Assembly (NCBI GenBank): GCA_002269645.1
Contig: NIVC01003836.1
Location: forward strand, 1-64,000
From: Macrostomum lignano
Lineage: Eukaryota
DNA: 64,000 bases
Direction: 5' to 3'
Shown: one piece after another, positions 59,713 to 64,000 of the stretch
How the letters are laid out: each line of letters begins with the position of its first letter
Position numbering within the stretch: position 1 is the first letter of the stretch
Position numbers and translations under genes: made by a program
The notes under the pieces: generated by a model
What the model was told of the DNA's origin: nothing
The model's input: only the letters and a program-made list of their open reading frames with translations
Databases searched by the model: none

Positions 59713-60860
59713 TGCTCCCACGTCTCTCAATTACAAACCAATGTGATTTCTTAATTCTCTTCTCATCGATCCACATCCTGACTCGCTTTCGACACGTTTT
59801 ATACACTTAGGAATAAAATCCAAGAGTTGTAGCTCGTAAGAAATTTGACAAATTCAAGAATTCCAGAACTAGAAATCTTTACCATGCAGTTTTCTTGAAT
59901 CTGACTAAATTATAATGTTTAGGTGATTGCGTTTCTGTCTACTAAACCATCGTAGCATCTATTAGCCAACTGTTAGAAACTACGAGCTATTACAAGCACT
60001 TGGATTTTCCGAGAATTATTGAGCCAGCATCGAGAAGCGTACATTGTTCCCTATTTAAATACGTCTCTTACGTATGAGCTTAGAATAGCTCACGCACTCC
60101 CTTCTATAGGAGCGTGTGGATAGAGATTCCAATTTGTTGGGTGAATCAGAAGGTACTAAGTGAGCTCACCAGACTAAAAAAGGTATTTAAGCCCGCCAGT
60201 ATCACCCCCGAAGTGCCCCACTTCCATTTATTTTCAAATTAACATTTGTTCCACATCTTCTTTCGCAATTGCGAGTATGTCGAATCAAGGTGAGTAGCCC
60301 AGAAAACTTGATTTAACTACGAGCGTAAATAGTTTTTCAATTCACTTTTCTATGGGTCAATAAGCTTGTCACCGAACTTTCCTATTGCAGGCTAGAGCGC
60401 AGTCGAATCCCTGAAGTGTCCGGCCTGACAGGTTTGAGTCTGCTGCCGCTGGACCAGATCGATCTGCGGCGCCCAATATGCAGCGGCCACTCAATCTCCA
60501 ATGCTTGCAAAGCGCCCGACATCGGTTTGGGTTCCGCCCTGCCGGTCCTGGCACTCGAACCCCCCATCGAGGAAGCTCTGAGAGAGCAGCCGGGACCCCA
60601 GTGCGCGGCGCTTGGCCTCTGCACCGGGTTGCTGCGGGCGGAGTTGGCGGTTCGCGGCGAGCGGGTCACCGCGGATTGTCCCTGGATCCGGGGGCAGTCT
60701 GACTCGCCTCAGGCGAGCGGGCCCGTCAATTTTTTGTCGTCAAATTTTTTTCGGCAAGAATACTGGCGGCCCCACGCAGTCTCCGATTGTCACCATAGGA
60801 GTCTGTGACGCGGTAAAACGATGGAGATTTGACGACTCTACAGAGCCTTAGCGCTTTGAA

Positions 60861-61385
60861 ATGGTTGATTGTGTGGTGTTGAGCAGCAGCAAGAGCTACA
60901 TCAGGAGCCTGAGCAGTAGGTACAACTGCATCCAGGCTGGAACAGTAAGGAGGAGCTTCGGAGACCAGCTAGCGTGCTTCCGCTTCAACTTTGAAGGCGA
61001 AGATAGGGAGAGAGATAGAGAGCGAGATGGAATATTTTTGTACCACGCTTGGAGCAGAGAGCTGGAGAAAACTGCAGCCAGCATTCGCGTGCGGCTACCG
61101 TCAAAAGTGCACAAGTACTGCAGCGTCTACGCTGTGGCGGTAAGATTCAAAGACCCAGTCCAAGACAATTGGATGGGTTTCCTGGCCGAGATGGAGGACG
61201 AGTCTGCGGCAGCGAGGAGCAGCGGCCGCTATCACAGATGGGAGAAGCTCGAGGTGCCCGACTGCGGCACTAGCGACCCGATTGTGATCGTCAGCAGCCT
61301 ATCAGATGCTGATGAGCTGGGCCGAACACGCCCAGTAATTTATAATTTTTTTAAGGAAAACCCTGTTGTATTTTCTACAGAGTAG
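60861..61385 (+). CDS. Hypothetical protein, paralog 1 of an unrecognised family (174 aa)
   Basis: Open, GC-richer ORF that aligns end to end with 63356-63913 (YIR.L..Y.C...VR.S...Q.ACF.F, YHAW..EL, VR.P..VHK.C.VYAVAV.FKDP, W..F...ME......SSG.YH.WE.L). True start uncertain. Confidence 0.7.
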   Translation: MVDCVVLSSSKSYIRSLSSRYNCIQAGTVRRSFGDQLACFRFNFEGEDRERDRERDGIFLYHAWSRELEKTAASIRVRLPSKVHKYCSVYAVAVRFKDPVQDNWMGFLAEMEDESAAARSSGRYHRWEKLEVPDCGTSDPIVIVSSLSDADELGRTRPVIYNFFKENPVVFSTE

Positions 61386-62659
61386 AAGTCAACGTTTTAG
61401 CCCTTTAGCATCTGTTATTATTGCGCTCATCGGAGTATGGGGGGCTCCGGTTTCAGTCCATGCCGTTTTCAAAGTAAGCAACGATTTCCTCGACGTTAAT
61501 GTCGAGACGGTCTGTTGAATCTTTCTGAATCTGTTATACCCTCTGTATTGAATTTACAGATGTGAGTTCACAGTAATTCAAAGTTACACACAATTGTTAT
61601 AGACTTGTGACAAAGTGTCCCTGTTTGCAATTCAAAGTGTTCAACTGTGTCGATTCTCGATTTACGAGAAGTTTCACTCGACTTTAACGCAAAGAGCAGA
61701 ATGTCCTTTATATCAAATCAAGGCACAAAAGCCTGATTCTTGATTCTTTTTCAGCGCGTTAAGCGCCCAGACACCATGCTAGATTGCTGGTGTACTTTTT
61801 GCAGGTGAAAAAATGCCTGAAATGTATTACTGTCACTGACCTGGATACCTATAAAAATGAATTCGCTCTGAGAGCGGCAGGTAATAATGCGCGCCTAATT
61901 CAATGCTATTGTGGCTGTGATTCAACAAAACTTGACTACTACAAATACAAAAAAGATTCATACTAAGAGATATTTAAAGTTTAAACAAATAATTCTGTTC
62001 GACTTTTTAATTCCATGCAAAAAAAACCGGCATTAACTTAAAAAATTATTTTGCAAGAAAGGATGACTTTTTAAGAAAACAAACTTGTGAGTGATAGCTA
62101 GGGCTAAATTTTTTCGAAGAAAAATCCAAGCTAACTTGCATTTCTTGTTAAAGCAAAGGCAGCAATTTACTCGGATTTTCCGAGAAAAATCTTGCCTCCA
62201 AGACAGTGTACAAGCGGTCGATTTTCCAGTGTACATTTCCGATGCACTCTCTCTCTCTCTCTGCCCCTACTCTTTTGGGTGAACAGTTCAGCTGTGTGGA
62301 AAGCATGGAAATGCGTGTGACGTTTCCTCTACGTTGCTAATCTGTCTCTTCTCTTTTGTGCAGGACCTAACCGTAGTTCACAGTGCGGCCCCGATGTACA
62401 CGTAGCTTGTATAAAACAAGCAGCGAAAATCCCTGTTTACTTTTTGCCTTATTTTTCTCTCTGCAGGCGCAGCACAACATGGCTGCGTTTCCAACTCTTG
62501 GTAAGTATAGTGCGTTTTGGAATGAAACCTCTTAAGACACATATGCATATAAAAGCACTATAGCATCTAATATAAGTCAGTTCACTTAACCTACTCATCT
62601 TTCATTGACCCATTCCTACAGGCTGAATACAAACTAGGTCGCAGAGGTGACCGGTCTGA

Positions 62660-63102
62660 CAAGCGGTGACCAAATATGGCGCGCCTGACATCGCCCGCTT
62701 TCTCAGCTCCGATCTCTGCGCCGCCGCGCCTATACTTCGCATTTGGTTTCTCCGACTGACCCGGAGTCGGCGGAGACGCCCAGAAAGTGCTCAGCTGCGA
62801 GCCGACCGCGGCGCGCACGCGCGCGCCCCACCCACTACCGGCCAAGACATGGATTGGCAACGGTGGGTGGGGCGCGCGCGCACGCGCCGCAGTCAGCTCA
62901 CAGCTGCCACTTTCTGGGCGTTTCCGACGACTCTGGGTTGCTTGTGACGCTTCGCACTCAGTGCGACGACTGATCCCCAGTCGGAGAGGCTGGCTACGGC
63001 TCGTCTGAAATCTGAATGGAATGCGCAGGTGAGGATGCGGCCGCAGAGATCGGATCTGAGCAAGCGAGGCGCTGTCAGGCGCGCCATATTTGGTGGCCGC
63101 TT
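62660..63102. mobile_element. Near-perfect GC-rich palindrome of about 440 bp (MITE-like)
   Basis: caaatatggcgcgcctgacatcgcc..ccgatctctgcg / cgcagagatcgg..tcaggcgcgccatatttgg; inner arms gcgcgcccacccact / gtgggtggggcgcgc around a loop of about 20 bp. Confidence 0.75.
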
Positions 63103-63355
63103 TCGGGCATGGCCGATCCAAGGTTGCCGCCTGCGGCGGGCTCGGCCGGGGGCTGTCAAAAAGTTCAGTAGTCAAACTCGAATTTTGGCCAGCTAGCTGG
63201 ATACTTGATAGACTAGTTAAGGCAACCCCCCGGATCGAAGCTCGCACGCCGGACTGGCAAATTCTTGGCGGCCGCCGTCTACAGCCAACAAGATCGGCTC
63301 TGAAGGCGGGGAATCCGATGGCGATCAGCTGTATTCGTGAAGCCAGTAACTCAGC

Positions 63356-63913
63356 ATGTTCCCAATCGTATTAAGCACTAATGAGACCTATATTAGACGA
63401 CTCGGCGACAAGTACGAGTGCACCTCTGCTGTCCAAGTGCGCTACTCACTCGATCAGCAAGTTGCATGCTTCCTCTTCCATCTGGACGATGAGGCGAGCG
63501 GAGAGCTTAGAAAGGTTCGCATGTACCACGCCTGGTGCAGCGAGCTGGACAGGAAGACGAAGCCCAACTTTACTGTGCGAGTACCGGCACGAGTGCACAA
63601 GCACTGCAAGGTGTACGCCGTGGCTGTCAAGTTCAAGGACCCGCAGAGCTGGCTAAAGTTTCAGCCGGACATGGAGAGGGACCGTCAGCAGCTGGAAAGC
63701 AGCGGCGCCTACCACTGCTGGGAGCTGCTGCCAGAAGGCAAAGTCTGCAACACGGCATCCAAAGACGAGAAAGATTATCCGTGCCCGATGATAATTGCCG
63801 CCATGATTGCCGAGAACTATCAAAGCCTGCGGTTGGACTTGTACACTGACGCCACTTGTGTATTCGTCCCTTCGTCTGATTCGGTCGATAACAGTAGTAT
63901 ATGCGCGAGTTAG
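63356..63913 (+). CDS. Hypothetical protein, paralog 2 of the same unrecognised family (185 aa)
   Basis: See paralog 1. Motif conservation combined with divergence elsewhere suggests coding constraint. Confidence 0.7.
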   Translation: MFPIVLSTNETYIRRLGDKYECTSAVQVRYSLDQQVACFLFHLDDEASGELRKVRMYHAWCSELDRKTKPNFTVRVPARVHKHCKVYAVAVKFKDPQSWLKFQPDMERDRQQLESSGAYHCWELLPEGKVCNTASKDEKDYPCPMIIAAMIAENYQSLRLDLYTDATCVFVPSSDSVDNSSICAS

Positions 63914-64000
63914 CTTAGCCTACTTAGATTCCCCAATTTGTTCTGTACTGATACTGTACTCGTAGTATAATTTCTGCAGTATACATATTATATATAATGT

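Overview
Eukaryotic (animal) genomic DNA, not prokaryotic: GC-rich spliceosomal exons separated by AT-rich introns, and most long introns carry their own minisatellite. This architecture resembles the flatworm Macrostomum lignano (inference only). I assembled gene models by hand from GT/AG junctions with phase checks: the 3' end of a very large GTPase (GVIN1/VLIG-like), a 10-exon M13/neprilysin homologue lacking its zinc and catalytic residues, a SKOR/fussel corepressor, a PH + tandem-PDZ scaffold, a head-to-head palindromic pair of small secreted Cys-rich genes, MDH1B (with local frameshifts), ARL1, and two tandem paralogous ORFs of a family I do not recognise. Mobile DNA includes a 4.3-kb Ty3/gypsy element with identical LTRs and a 5-bp TSD, a tRNA-derived SINE family (about 9 copies or fragments), a 1.6-kb foldback/MULE-like element with a 9-bp TSD, several MITE-like elements that host minisatellites or telomeric repeats, and hAT and CMC/EnSpm transposase relics. 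The most promising leads are the palindromic secreted-protein locus (36.1-40.1 kb), the orphan paralog pair (60.3-63.9 kb), the pseudo-neprilysin with an X-box, and a CAG|GT splice-junction-like core shared by several unrelated minisatellites. Single-base indels cluster at 39.7-43.3 kb and may be consensus errors. All homology calls are from motif recognition, with no database searches.
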